Positions 36,338-46,432 of a stretch of 64,000 nt of DNA are shown here, piece by piece. The stretch's first letter is position 1; every line of letters begins with the position of its first letter. The notes under the pieces are model-generated. The model searched no databases, had not been told where the DNA came from, and worked only from the letters and a program-made list of their open reading frames with translations. The position numbers and the translations under genes were made by a program. The stretch is from the IMG/VR virus record IMGVR_UViG_3300043485_000037, positions 12,489 to 76,488 of that record; one strand, written 5' to 3'. The stretch comes from a virus.

Positions 36338-39300
36338 TCGAAACCCCCAACGCGTTCCAACCGCTGACGGCCCTGAAGCAACACCAGGTCAGTGGAGGCA
36401 TCACGGTCAACGAATGGCTCCGGTCCGTGCGCCCCGGCAACAACGCGGACGGGTGGAGGGAGTTCGACACGGCGGCCACGATCGTCTTCAACGGAACAGA
36501 CTACCAGCTTCGGCATTACGATCCGGAGACCGGGCGCTCGCCCGGCTGGGACCGGGTCATCGAGGAGGAAGACTTCGTCAACTTGGTGCTCGTGCCGGAA
36601 GGGCCGTTCATCATCATCGCCCTCATCATCGTGGTGGTGGCCGTGGCCGTCACGTTGGCCTTCTCCGCGATGGCCCCGAAGGCTCCGGGGGAACTCCCGG
36701 CCAGCGACCCGGTCTTTTCCACCCGCGGCCAATACAACCAGATCCGCCTGGGAGAGCCCATCGAGGTGTGCTACGGGCGCAACCGGATGTATCCATCATT
36801 GGCCGGCCGCCCATATTTCCAATACATCGACAACGACCAGTTCCAGTATGTGCTGTTCTGCATCGGGCAAGGCTACTACGACATCGAGCAGATACTGATC
36901 GGCGATTCCGACATTTCGACTTACCAGGAGGTGACCTATGAAATAGTTGAACCTGGGGGCGAGGTCACCATCTTCCCGACGAACGTCCTAACGTCGGTGG
37001 AAGTTGGTGGCCAAACCCTCTTTGGGATCAACGAGCCGGAGTATGGAGCCGACGGCTGGATCGGTCCCTTCAACTCAAACGGTCCCGGCACCCTGGCCTA
37101 TCAGTTGCAGATCGACGTGGTGTTCCCGAAGGGTATCTATTCCGTGAACAAGAAGGGGAACCTGCAGAACATCGCCATCGGTTACCAGTGGCAAGCCCGG
37201 CCCATCGACGACCTGGGGAATCCTCTCGGACCCTACGTGGATTTGTTCTCGCCGTCTCCCCACGTGATCAACGGAGCCACCACCACCCCGCAGCGACGCA
37301 GCTACACGGCTACGGTGACTCCGGGCCGCTACCAGGTCCGGCTCCGCCGCACCACTTCCTTTGATCCGTCCTACAAGACGGGCAACGAAGTCCTCTGGGA
37401 AGGGATGCGATCATTGATCGAGACGGAGCAGGACTGGGGCAACGTCACGCTGATGGCGGTCAAGATCCGCGCAACCAACAACCTGAACGCCCAGACTCAG
37501 CAGCGGTTCAACGTGATTGCCGTGCGCAAGCTGCCCATCCGGAACGAGTTGGGCATCTGGTCGGCTCCCACGGCCACTCGCTCCATCGTCTGGGCCTTCG
37601 TGGATGTCTACAAGGCCACCTACGGAGGAAGGATCAGCAATGACGCTTATCTGGACTGGGCCACTCTGCTGGCTCTCGACGAACTTTATGAGGACCGGGA
37701 TGAGCACTTCGATTGGGTGTTCCGGGATCCGATCACGGTCTGGGAAGGCAGCCAGTCGATCGCAACCGTGGGCCGGGCCGTCCCCCTCCTCTCTGGATCT
37801 TTGGTGACCGCCAAGCGGCAAGGGCCTCTGACGGTGCCCGTCGCCATGTTCACTCCGGACAACATTCACAAGGGGACGTTCAAGTGGGAGCTGAAGCTGT
37901 GGAAGCAGGACGAGAACGATTGCCTGCGCATTGAATACACGGAGCCGGACACGGGCTACAAGCAAGAAACCGTCATATGCGTGCTGCCTGGAGGCACGAC
38001 CAACAACCCGAAGGACATTCGCCTGATCGGGGTCCAGGACCGGACCCACGCCTATCACCAAGGCATGTTCATCCTGGCTTGCAACAAATACCTCCGCGAG
38101 CAGATCAGCTTTGAAACCGGACTGGAGGGGCATATTCCCCAGTATGGAGAATTGGTCGCGGTCGTCCATGACGTGCCGCGGTGGGGCCAGTCCGGTTACA
38201 TTGTCCACATGGAGGAGGGAGCCGGCGACAACAAGCTTCTGTGGGTTTCGGAGCCGCTCGTATGGGATTCCACGTCCGACAACAACTACGTGGTGATGCT
38301 CCGCAACAAGAACGGAGGATTGCTGGGACCGTTCGCGGCCACCAAGACCGACGACGCGAAGCAGGTCTTCATCAATGCCCCCGGAGTGGAGGACTGGCAA
38401 CTGGACGGCCGCTCGGATCCGATGCTGTTCTACTTTGGCCCGGCCGTGGAAACAACCAAATACCTCCGGCTGGCCAAACTGGAGCCCTCTGGGGATGAAG
38501 CCGTCAACGTCACGGCCGTGACCGACGACTCCAGGATCCACTCCTTCGACGAGCTGGAGCCCCCGGCCTTGGCCACGGTCCCGGTTCCCCCGGTCCCTCC
38601 GGACGCTCCGACCGTTGCGCAGGTTTACATCACGCAGATCGCCGACGTGAACTCCGTCGTCCAGATTGCGTGGTCGGCCGCATTCGGGGCCCAGTATTAC
38701 GTGGTCCAGACCTCCGAGGACAACGTCAACTGGCAGGATCAAGGCAACACGGTCCAGACCTCCCTCCAGATCCAGGTGCGACCGGGTCCGCTTTACGTGC
38801 GGGTGGCCGGAGTCAACAACGGGCAGGGTCCGTGGGCCTTGGCCAACACCTCCATCGGAGTGGTCACCGGGCTCGACGACGACATCCCGTGGGAGTTTCT
38901 GGAATGGCAGGTCAGTTGGTTCTCCGTCCTCAACGCAATCGGCTACACGGTGCGGGTCTACGATTACACGGATCCAATGGCGCCGGTGCTCAAGAGGACG
39001 GCTTCGCGGGCCATCGACCAACTGTCCTATCTCTACGACTACTCTCTGGCCGTCCCGGACGGCAACCTGGTCCGCAACATGCTGGTGACGGTCGACGCAG
39101 AGTTCGACGACGGCCCGGCCAACCTCCCGACGGAGCTGATTCTGTTCAACTCCATCCCGTTGCCTCCGGAGAACCCGGCCCACACCGCCGGGGGAATAGA
39201 CACCACTTTCCACAAGCAATACAACGTGACCTGGGACGTGCCGGAGGAGGACGACTTGATCACCGTGAAGGTCTGGCTCTCGGACGATCCGTTGTTTGAT

Positions 39301-39504
39301 CCGGACTTGGTGGCCCCGGTCTACACCTTCACCGCGGGCTCTCCCGGATTTGCCGGCATCCCTACCGACGCGGACATCGAGTGGTTGCTGGACACCGATC
39401 TGGCCCACCCGACTCTGTATTGGCGAGTCGCCCTTTTCGACGTGTGGGGGAACGAGATAGAAACCAACATCACGGCCAACCAGATCATTGCGGCATTCCC
39501 GTAG
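36325..39504 (+). CDS. central tail fibre/host specificity protein (gpJ-like) with C-terminal FN3
   Basis: NQIRLGEPIEVCYGR, GRYQVRLRR, IAWSAAFGAQYYVVQTS; 1059 aa. Confidence 0.9.
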   Translation: MAHIIETPNAFQPLTALKQHQVSGGITVNEWLRSVRPGNNADGWREFDTAATIVFNGTDYQLRHYDPETGRSPGWDRVIEEEDFVNLVLVPEGPFIIIALIIVVVAVAVTLAFSAMAPKAPGELPASDPVFSTRGQYNQIRLGEPIEVCYGRNRMYPSLAGRPYFQYIDNDQFQYVLFCIGQGYYDIEQILIGDSDISTYQEVTYEIVEPGGEVTIFPTNVLTSVEVGGQTLFGINEPEYGADGWIGPFNSNGPGTLAYQLQIDVVFPKGIYSVNKKGNLQNIAIGYQWQARPIDDLGNPLGPYVDLFSPSPHVINGATTTPQRRSYTATVTPGRYQVRLRRTTSFDPSYKTGNEVLWEGMRSLIETEQDWGNVTLMAVKIRATNNLNAQTQQRFNVIAVRKLPIRNELGIWSAPTATRSIVWAFVDVYKATYGGRISNDAYLDWATLLALDELYEDRDEHFDWVFRDPITVWEGSQSIATVGRAVPLLSGSLVTAKRQGPLTVPVAMFTPDNIHKGTFKWELKLWKQDENDCLRIEYTEPDTGYKQETVICVLPGGTTNNPKDIRLIGVQDRTHAYHQGMFILACNKYLREQISFETGLEGHIPQYGELVAVVHDVPRWGQSGYIVHMEEGAGDNKLLWVSEPLVWDSTSDNNYVVMLRNKNGGLLGPFAATKTDDAKQVFINAPGVEDWQLDGRSDPMLFYFGPAVETTKYLRLAKLEPSGDEAVNVTAVTDDSRIHSFDELEPPALATVPVPPVPPDAPTVAQVYITQIADVNSVVQIAWSAAFGAQYYVVQTSEDNVNWQDQGNTVQTSLQIQVRPGPLYVRVAGVNNGQGPWALANTSIGVVTGLDDDIPWEFLEWQVSWFSVLNAIGYTVRVYDYTDPMAPVLKRTASRAIDQLSYLYDYSLAVPDGNLVRNMLVTVDAEFDDGPANLPTELILFNSIPLPPENPAHTAGGIDTTFHKQYNVTWDVPEEDDLITVKVWLSDDPLFDPDLVAPVYTFTAGSPGFAGIPTDADIEWLLDTDLAHPTLYWRVALFDVWGNEIETNITANQIIAAFP

Positions 39505-39528
39505 TCAAGAATGAGGCTAGACGAGTGA

Positions 39529-39768
39529 GTGACCTTTTGCTATCTATGCCTCATGACTGCAAACAACCATCTGATCTGGAAGGCACCCCGAAGCGCCACA
39601 CTAATCAACCGACGGCCGCGGCCGGAACTCATCCCGGTGTGCTGCGGCGCCTGCTGCGGAGCCGGACGCCTGATCGACGAATCCCTGGTGATCTGCCCAA
39701 GCTGCAAAGGCCGAAGCTGGGTCCTCATACCCGCGCCGCCAATGCCGCTCTACGACGCGGGCCTATGA
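39529..39768 (+). CDS. small DnaJ-type zinc ribbon protein
   Basis: CGACCGAG...CPSCKG. Confidence 0.5.
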   Translation: MTFCYLCLMTANNHLIWKAPRSATLINRRPRPELIPVCCGACCGAGRLIDESLVICPSCKGRSWVLIPAPPMPLYDAGL

Positions 39769-40487
39769 GCAAGGCTCCGATCAGCATCTCCATTCCAACT
39801 CATTGCAGGCCGGAGATGTTGGCGGAGAGTTTTGCTGCGGTGCTGAACGACGAGCGCGTCCGGGAGATTTGCATCTCGGATGACTGCTCGCCGGAGGATT
39901 CATACGCAAAGCTGGTGGACCGCTGGGGAGACCACCCGAAGGTCCGGCTCTTTCGGAACAAGCACAATCTCGACTGCTACCGGAACAAGCGGCAGGCTGT
40001 CGAATGCGCCACAAGTGACTTCACAATTCTGCTCGATGACGACAACATCCTCGGGCCCGATTATCTGGACCGGCTCTGGGATTATCCGGACTGGAATCCG
40101 AACACCATCTATTGCCCGGACCTGGCCCACCCGCATTTCAATTACAGGAGATTCTCCGGCCATCTCATCTCCCGGCACAACGTGGCCCACTTCATGACCC
40201 TGCCTTACCGGAAGGGTGAGACGGAGTTCCGGACGGCTCTGAACACCTGCAACTACTTCTTCCATCGGGAGACGTATCTGTCGAGATGGGTGGGAGACGT
40301 GGACCCGGTCACCGCGGACACGATGTTCACCGCATATAATTGGCTGGCCGCCGGGGGCTTCCTCACTTTTGTCCGCAACATGCAATACATCCATCGGATC
40401 CATGCCGGGTCCCATTACAAGAACAATCACAAGAGGACCGGCAACTTTGCCCTCCTGATCGAAACCAAAATAAGACAACTCAGATGA
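39765..40487 (+). CDS. GT2-family glycosyltransferase
   Basis: ISIPTHCR...ISDDCS...ILLDDDN (DxD). Confidence 0.85.
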   Translation: MSKAPISISIPTHCRPEMLAESFAAVLNDERVREICISDDCSPEDSYAKLVDRWGDHPKVRLFRNKHNLDCYRNKRQAVECATSDFTILLDDDNILGPDYLDRLWDYPDWNPNTIYCPDLAHPHFNYRRFSGHLISRHNVAHFMTLPYRKGETEFRTALNTCNYFFHRETYLSRWVGDVDPVTADTMFTAYNWLAAGGFLTFVRNMQYIHRIHAGSHYKNNHKRTGNFALLIETKIRQLR

Positions 40488-41287
40488 CTTCCACCGTCAC
40501 GTTCGACCCCGTCGGCCGGTTGGGCAACTTCCTCTTTGAGGCGGCCTCCTGCATGGCATACGCTTGGGACCACGAGATCAACTTCGCGCTCCCGAACCGG
40601 ACCAACGATGCCTACTGGAACCCGGTGTATTTGCGCCATCTCTCCGGCCAGCTGGATCCCAACCAACCCAAGGTGGTGGTCCAGGAGAGGCAATTCAACT
40701 ATCACGCACGGGAGTTCCGGACCACGTGGAGGCAGGGCTATGCCATTTATTTGAACGGCTACTGGCAGACGGAGAAGTATTTCAAGAAGTATCGCGAGCG
40801 GATCTTGGAGCAGTTTCGCTACCCGTGGATCAAGGCCGGCAAGCTCGTCTCCGTCCACGTCCGCCGGGGAGACTACCTGAAGATCCAGAAGAAGGTCGGG
40901 GCCAGGATCATTTTCAAGCACCCTCCCGTGACCAAGGAATGGTATCTGCGGCAGATGGCCAAGTTTCCCAAGCACGTCTTCGCCTTCTACTCGGACGACC
41001 TCGCGTGGTGCAAGGAGAACTTTGGGCACCTGGGCGACCGGGTCATGTTTGCGCCCCACTGGACGGGGCCGTGCGGGGACCTCGAAGCCACCCCGGAGGA
41101 GCAGGACCTTGTCTGCATGTCTTGCTGCGAACACCACATCTGCTCGGCCTCCACATTTTCATGGTGGGGGGCGTGGCTGAACCGGAGCCCGAAGAAGCGG
41201 GTCATCATGCCGCAGCACTGGATCACCCCCGGCTGGTCGGATCTTGATTTTTCCGACGTGGTGCCGGAGGGCTGGGAGCGCGCATGA
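40484..41287 (+). CDS. GT11 alpha-1,2-fucosyltransferase-like
   Basis: GRLGNFLF, GYWQTEKYF, VHVRRGDY, FYSDDLAWC, STFSWWGAWL. Confidence 0.9.
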   Translation: MTSTVTFDPVGRLGNFLFEAASCMAYAWDHEINFALPNRTNDAYWNPVYLRHLSGQLDPNQPKVVVQERQFNYHAREFRTTWRQGYAIYLNGYWQTEKYFKKYRERILEQFRYPWIKAGKLVSVHVRRGDYLKIQKKVGARIIFKHPPVTKEWYLRQMAKFPKHVFAFYSDDLAWCKENFGHLGDRVMFAPHWTGPCGDLEATPEEQDLVCMSCCEHHICSASTFSWWGAWLNRSPKKRVIMPQHWITPGWSDLDFSDVVPEGWERA

Positions 41288-41575
41288 ATGAATCCCGTGG
41301 CCAAGTATGCGACCAGCCCGGACAATCCCAACGGATGGTTGGTGCATTACTGTCCGGGGTGCGAACAGCGCCACGTGGTCCCGATCAAGGAGCCGAATCA
41401 TCTTGGCCACGTGTGGAAGTTCAACGGCAACATGGAAAAGCCGACTCTGGTTCCGTCCGTGAACTACGTCGGCAGTTGCCACTACATTCTCTCGGACGGG
41501 GTGATTCACTTTTGCGGAGATTGCACCCACGATCTGGCCAACAAAATAATTCCCTTGGAACCCATACCTGAATGA
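41288..41575 (+). CDS. DUF6527-like Cys/His protein
   Basis: CPGC...H...WKFNG..EKPT..PSV....CH....DG.I.FC.DCTH. Confidence 0.65.
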   Translation: MNPVAKYATSPDNPNGWLVHYCPGCEQRHVVPIKEPNHLGHVWKFNGNMEKPTLVPSVNYVGSCHYILSDGVIHFCGDCTHDLANKIIPLEPIPE

Positions 41576-42387
41576 GCTTGCTGAAAGATACCCACGCCGA
41601 ATACGTCAACCTCGATGCCCGGCCCGAGCGGAGGGAGAGAATGGAGCACGAGCTGAAGCGCGTCAAGATCCAGGCCGAGAGGCGCAGAGGTCTCCTGCCT
41701 TCGGAGGTGAAGATTAACCCGGCCCGGATCAAGGGAATGTGGGAACGGAAGCAGAAGGGCGCCATCGGTTGCCACTTCTCCCAGGTGGCCGTGATGAAGG
41801 AAGCCATGCGGAGAAAGAAGCACGCGCTGGTGATGGAGGACGACCTGGTGTTCTGCATGGATCTTCAGGAAAGGCTCCAAGAGATTGAGCTGTTCATGGA
41901 CAAGAATCCGTGGGACGTGTTCTGGCTGGGCGGCACCTTTCACATGGGCAAACCTTGGTGGCACAAGAAGCCCAACCCGGAGAGGGGTTGCGTGCCTCTG
42001 GGCAAGGACGCCGAGAGGGTCCCTGGCTGGCCCCGCTTCTTCCGGACGTATGGATGCTTCTGCACCTACGCCTACATCGTGAACGCAAAGTCGATCGGTA
42101 AGATTCTGGCCATGTTTGAGGAGCGGCTCCCGGAGTCCATCGGGATCGACCACATGTTCATCATGCTCCAACCGAAGCTGAACACCTTCGCCTTCGTGCC
42201 CGGCTCCGTCAAGCAATACGACCACGTGTCGGACATCGGGGTGGACCGCCACGGCCGTCCGGACACGACGACCTTCAGCAACTTCGCCAAGCTCAACGGC
42301 ACTTACGAGAATTCAACATATTGGTTTGCGGACTGGATCAACCAGTTCGATCCGGATACTTTCAACTGGAATGAAGCTGCACGATAA
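41572..42387 (+). CDS. GT25-family glycosyltransferase
   Basis: YVNLDARPERR, GAIGCHFSQ, LVMEDD, CTYAYIVN. Confidence 0.85.
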   Translation: MSLLKDTHAEYVNLDARPERRERMEHELKRVKIQAERRRGLLPSEVKINPARIKGMWERKQKGAIGCHFSQVAVMKEAMRRKKHALVMEDDLVFCMDLQERLQEIELFMDKNPWDVFWLGGTFHMGKPWWHKKPNPERGCVPLGKDAERVPGWPRFFRTYGCFCTYAYIVNAKSIGKILAMFEERLPESIGIDHMFIMLQPKLNTFAFVPGSVKQYDHVSDIGVDRHGRPDTTTFSNFAKLNGTYENSTYWFADWINQFDPDTFNWNEAAR

Positions 42388-43069
42388 ACTGGAGGACACC
42401 CTCGGAGGCAAATGGAGCGGGCTCCACGGCGAGGTCGTGACCCAGGACTGCTACCGGGTCCGGGAGCTGAAGTGGCATCCCGACCTGGTCTTCGACCTCG
42501 GCGCGAACGTCGGGACCTTCACCCGGCACGCCCTGGATCTTTGGCCTCGCTGCCAGGTGGTGGCCGTCGAGCCAGACCCGGAGAACGCGGCCCACTTCCG
42601 GAAGTTCACGGACATGAGCCGGGTCGAGTTGATCGAGGCCGCCATCGGGAAGGGCCAAATCTGGAAGGCATCCGGAGCGGCCAACGGTTCCGGGGAGGTC
42701 TACATGTCTTGCGGGGTGGGCTATCCCAAGTTGAAGATGCCGAAGGCTTCCAACATGTCCCGGTCGGAAGTTAAGGCCATCAACCTCCAGGGATTGTGCA
42801 AGGGGCGACTGAACCGGAACTTGAAGACGGTGCTCAAGTTGGACATCGAGGGAGCCGAGCACGCGATCTTCTCGGATCCCCGCTCGATGAAGTATCTCTG
42901 GCAGATGGACTATCTTGCAATGGAGCTGCACCGATACGCCATCGACGGTTCGGAGCAGGAGGCAGCCAATGAATTGGTGGAGCTGGCCGTGACCCTCCTG
43001 AAGGATTCCCACTTCGTCCAGGTGGCCGGGGTGCACTTGTGGGCTTGGAAAAAGAACATCAGCTTATGA
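42371..43069 (+). CDS. FkbM-family methyltransferase
   Basis: VFDLGANVG, AVEPDPEN, LKLDIEGAE. Confidence 0.85.
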   Translation: MKLHDKLEDTLGGKWSGLHGEVVTQDCYRVRELKWHPDLVFDLGANVGTFTRHALDLWPRCQVVAVEPDPENAAHFRKFTDMSRVELIEAAIGKGQIWKASGAANGSGEVYMSCGVGYPKLKMPKASNMSRSEVKAINLQGLCKGRLNRNLKTVLKLDIEGAEHAIFSDPRSMKYLWQMDYLAMELHRYAIDGSEQEAANELVELAVTLLKDSHFVQVAGVHLWAWKKNISL

Positions 43070-43620
43070 AGTCGATCAAATACAGACGGGACCTCTGGCA
43101 GCTCTTCGCACGGCCGGGGGCAGCCGCGGAGATAGGAGTGGCCGAAGGCAACAACAGCCGGGACATGCTCGAGTGGAAGTTGGAGGACGGCAGACCGGCC
43201 GTGACCACTCTCTACATGGTGGACCGGTGGAAGGAGAACCCGGAGCAGTTCGGCGACGCCGCCATGCCTCAGGACTGGCACGACAAGAACTTCCGGCAGG
43301 TCCAGCACAAGATCAAGCCCCACGGCACCCGCGCGATCATCCTCCGGGGCGACTCGGTTGAGATGGCCGACCAGGTGCCGGACCGGTCGCTTGTGCTGGT
43401 TTACATCGACGCCGACCATACCGAGCCCGGTTGCTTCCGAGACCTCCGGGCCTGGGTCCCCAAGGTCAAGAAGGGGGGCATCGTTGGGCTCCACGACTTC
43501 CTGAACGAAGCCTATGGCGTGAGGAAGGCCGTCGAGGCGTTCTGCGCCAACAATTTCAAGATCCACATCATCGAGGAGGATAAACCCGAAGATGCCGGCG
43601 CTTGGTTTCGAGTATGTTAA
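43066..43620 (+). CDS. class I SAM methyltransferase (Methyltransf_24-like)
   Basis: AEIGVAEG, MVDRW, YIDADH, GGIVGLHDF. Confidence 0.85.
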   Translation: MKSIKYRRDLWQLFARPGAAAEIGVAEGNNSRDMLEWKLEDGRPAVTTLYMVDRWKENPEQFGDAAMPQDWHDKNFRQVQHKIKPHGTRAIILRGDSVEMADQVPDRSLVLVYIDADHTEPGCFRDLRAWVPKVKKGGIVGLHDFLNEAYGVRKAVEAFCANNFKIHIIEEDKPEDAGAWFRVC

Positions 43621-44249
43621 TTCCATTTGATCAACTGTTCACCCGCCACGGGGTCCAGCCCGTTGGCGTCCTTCACGTCGGCGCCCACGAAGGGCAGGAA
43701 GCCGAAGCCTACAACCAACTGAGGGTCCCCCGCGTCATCTGGGTGGAAGCCAACCCGGAGACCCACCGGAAGTTGGTGGCTCATGTTGGCCGCATGCCCG
43801 GCCACAGCACGATCCTGGCTTGCGTGGCCGACGAGGACGGCAAGCCGGTGGACTTCCACATTGCGTCCAACGCGGGCCAGTCCTCCTCCATATTGGAGTG
43901 GGGAACCCACACGCTGGTGCACCCGGAGGTCCGGTGGACGCGCCATCTCAAGATGAAGACCTCCCGGCTGGACACCTTGATCCATGACCGGGGAGTCCGC
44001 CTGAAGCCGGGCTGGTTCCTGAACCTGGACCTCCAGGGAGCCGAACTGAGGGCCTTGAAGGGACTGGGGAGCCTGATCGACTTCTTCAACTGGGCATACA
44101 TTGAGGTCAATGAGCAGCAGCTCTACAAGGGTTGCCCGTTGGTAGGAGAGATGGATGCATTCATGTCCGCGGCCGGGTTCCGTCGGGCTGAGACCCAGAT
44201 GTCGGGGAACCACGGCTGGGGAGACGCTTTGTATACTCGGATCGTATAA
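43614..44249 (+). CDS. FkbM-family methyltransferase
   Basis: VLHVGAHEG, WVEANP, LNLDLQGAELRALKG. Confidence 0.88.
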   Translation: MLIPFDQLFTRHGVQPVGVLHVGAHEGQEAEAYNQLRVPRVIWVEANPETHRKLVAHVGRMPGHSTILACVADEDGKPVDFHIASNAGQSSSILEWGTHTLVHPEVRWTRHLKMKTSRLDTLIHDRGVRLKPGWFLNLDLQGAELRALKGLGSLIDFFNWAYIEVNEQQLYKGCPLVGEMDAFMSAAGFRRAETQMSGNHGWGDALYTRIV

Positions 44250-45052
44250 TGCTCACAACCATCACGCCATACTGGGGTCGTCCGGAGATGCTGAAAGGTT
44301 GGGTCGACGCACTTCAACTTGCCTCCGTCCCGGAGGTCCGCCACATCATCTTTTTCATTGGAGAAGATCCGCCGGAGTGGTTCAACGCATGCAAGGCTCC
44401 CGTCCTGGCTGTCCAGTGCGCGGAGCAACCCGGCAAGTCGATAGGCCATTATCACAACGAGGGAGCCGAGTTGGCCAAGACGGAATGGATCATGAAGCTG
44501 GACATCGACACGGTCCCGAACGTCCGCTACTTTCGGCACTTGCTTCCGATCCTGCAGAACGCGAAGGAGCGCGAATGGTTCAACGGCGGCATGATCTATC
44601 TTTCCCGGTCGGCTTCCAACCGGCTCATGATTCCGGTCACAGAGTCGACCTATTCGAGCATCATGGCCGTCCCTCGCGCCTACACCGCCTCGAACGGCCA
44701 CGAGCCAGCTGGATCCAACTTCATCTGCCGGCGATCCGAATACCTGAAGCTGGGCGGATGCCTGGAGACCTTCCGGGGCTACGGGTGGGAAGATTATCAG
44801 CAGCTGTATATGCTGGAGCGCCACCAGCTGGGCCGGGACCCGCTGGTTGGCCACGTGACCATCGACAATGTGACCTCCCGGTGCCGGGACGAGATCAGCC
44901 GCCCGAAAGCCAAGGAGCTGCACGGCCGGGACCGTTGGCTGGTTCTCCTCCACAGATTCCATCAGCCGGCGGGCAACAAAACCCAGGATCAGATGGCGCG
45001 CAACCGGGCCGTTCTCTTCGACTATGTCGAGACGCAACGAATGGGAAGTTGA
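44249..45052 (+). CDS. GT2/GT7C-type glycosyltransferase
   Basis: IMKLDID (DxD), LGGCLETFRGYGWED. Confidence 0.82.
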   Translation: MLTTITPYWGRPEMLKGWVDALQLASVPEVRHIIFFIGEDPPEWFNACKAPVLAVQCAEQPGKSIGHYHNEGAELAKTEWIMKLDIDTVPNVRYFRHLLPILQNAKEREWFNGGMIYLSRSASNRLMIPVTESTYSSIMAVPRAYTASNGHEPAGSNFICRRSEYLKLGGCLETFRGYGWEDYQQLYMLERHQLGRDPLVGHVTIDNVTSRCRDEISRPKAKELHGRDRWLVLLHRFHQPAGNKTQDQMARNRAVLFDYVETQRMGS

Positions 45053-45308
45053 GAACGTCAGGCTGCTGACGGCCAGCTTGAACCACCGGCTGAAGGTTCT
45101 CCGCAAGATCCGAAAACCCCTCCGGCGCTTCGACCGGACCGTGCGGGCCATCCAGCTGACCAAGGTTGCGTGGAATTGTCCGGACGACGCGTTCCTCATG
45201 ATGAACTTCGACATGAACCCGCTTGGGGAAATCAACTGCTCGGACGAATACGCCCGGACGACCAAGAGACGGGACCGGCTCTGGGAATTCCTCCTGGGCG
45301 CAAAGTAG
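45024..45308 (+). CDS. hypothetical protein (last + strand gene)
   Basis: 94-aa basic ORF. Confidence 0.5.
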   Translation: MSRRNEWEVENVRLLTASLNHRLKVLRKIRKPLRRFDRTVRAIQLTKVAWNCPDDAFLMMNFDMNPLGEINCSDEYARTTKRRDRLWEFLLGAK

Positions 45309-45398
45309 GGGTCAGACCCTGGGACAGGATAATCGGTTGTTCCTCGTTGGCAGGTCCATGTAGCGATTTGGCATCCGTTTCCCGTAGTTTATCCTGAA

Positions 45399-45631
45399 TC
45401 AATCCCAAATACCGTCAGGATGCTCCTCTTTCAGGGCTTCCATGTTTGCCTGGATGTAGCGGGCTACCTTGCCCTGGGCGGACCGGGCCTTGAGCTCATT
45501 CTTCAGGCCGTTCGTCCACAGCCAGTGGAGATAGGATGCGGGCACGTCCTGCATTTTTTAGTCCGCGCGGTGTAATACTTCCCGAACGGCATCACATCCA
45601 GGTCGGTCAGGGTAGGAAGCTCGTCTGCCAT
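45399..45631 (-). pseudogene. DUF3820-like protein split at an A6 run
   Basis: MPFGKY...K|MQDVPASYLHWLW joins if A6 (T 45554-45559) is A7. Confidence 0.6.
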
Positions 45632-46002
45632 AAATGATTCCAGTCTTTGTGAAGTTGCTTGGCCATGCCGCGGAGGAAAGCGAAGACTGCCTGCTTCAAG
45701 CTCAGCTTGCGGGCGTGGGCTTGGTTCATCACGGAGTAAAGGTGCCAGCAGATGTCGCAGAGAGGTCCCCGGACCGTCCGCACGTGCATCGCCCAAGCCT
45801 TCTTGATCTTGTCGGCTTCGGAGGAGGACCAAGTGTGCCCGCAGCACTGGCAGACCAGAATCTCGCGCTGCTCCGGGATGGAAAACTTGGGAGGCTCCGG
45901 AGCCAGATTCAGCAGAGTCTGGATCGCGCCGGTCACGGCTAATCCCATCCGTGCTTGGTTCTTCTGCTTTCGCTCCTCTATCTTCTTCTTGAAGTCAATC
46001 AT
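45607..46002 (-). CDS. zinc-binding hypothetical protein
   Basis: CQCCGHTW...CDICW. Confidence 0.6.
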   Translation of the reverse strand: MIDFKKKIEERKQKNQARMGLAVTGAIQTLLNLAPEPPKFSIPEQREILVCQCCGHTWSSSEADKIKKAWAMHVRTVRGPLCDICWHLYSVMNQAHARKLSLKQAVFAFLRGMAKQLHKDWNHLWQTSFLP

Positions 46003-46432
46003 AGATGAACGCCTTCAGTTTCTTCTTGGCCTCGCTCTCGTTCGCCGGGTTGTTCCACCAGCGGTTGATGCCGGAGGGGTGGGGCAGAAGGAAGAATGAT
46101 TTGACTCCGTGGCGGACTGTGTCCAAGGGTTCTCCGTTCGCGTCGAAGCAAAGGGCCACCAGTTTGCCGAGGAGCACGTATTTGGTCCAGCTGCCCCGAA
46201 GGAGCACCTTGGCGGCCGTCTTGCCTTCCGAGCGGTCGAACACATCACCCTTGCCGCCGGAACCCTTCCCGATCCATTCGGAGTTGAGGTTGATCCGGGC
46301 GAACGATTGCGCGAAGTCCGTGACCTCTAAGAGGTCTCCAAGCTTTTCCCCGATCCGGCCCTCCAACGGGAGATACGGGTCGCCGTTCTCGGACGGCCCT
46401 TGGCCCACAAATATGATGCTGCTGATTCTCAT
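45995..46432 (-). CDS. uracil-DNA glycosylase superfamily protein
   Basis: IIFVGQGPS, INL, VLLGKLVA, LPHPSGINRWWN. Confidence 0.7.
   Translation of the reverse strand: MRISSIIFVGQGPSENGDPYLPLEGRIGEKLGDLLEVTDFAQSFARINLNSEWIGKGSGGKGDVFDRSEGKTAAKVLLRGSWTKYVLLGKLVALCFDANGEPLDTVRHGVKSFFLLPHPSGINRWWNNPANESEAKKKLKAFIYD

Noticed and set aside
45325-45396. 8-bp inverted repeat CAGGATAA/TTATCCTG at the convergence of the two arms
   Set aside because: Too short and widely spaced, with no U-tract, to call a terminator or mobile-element end
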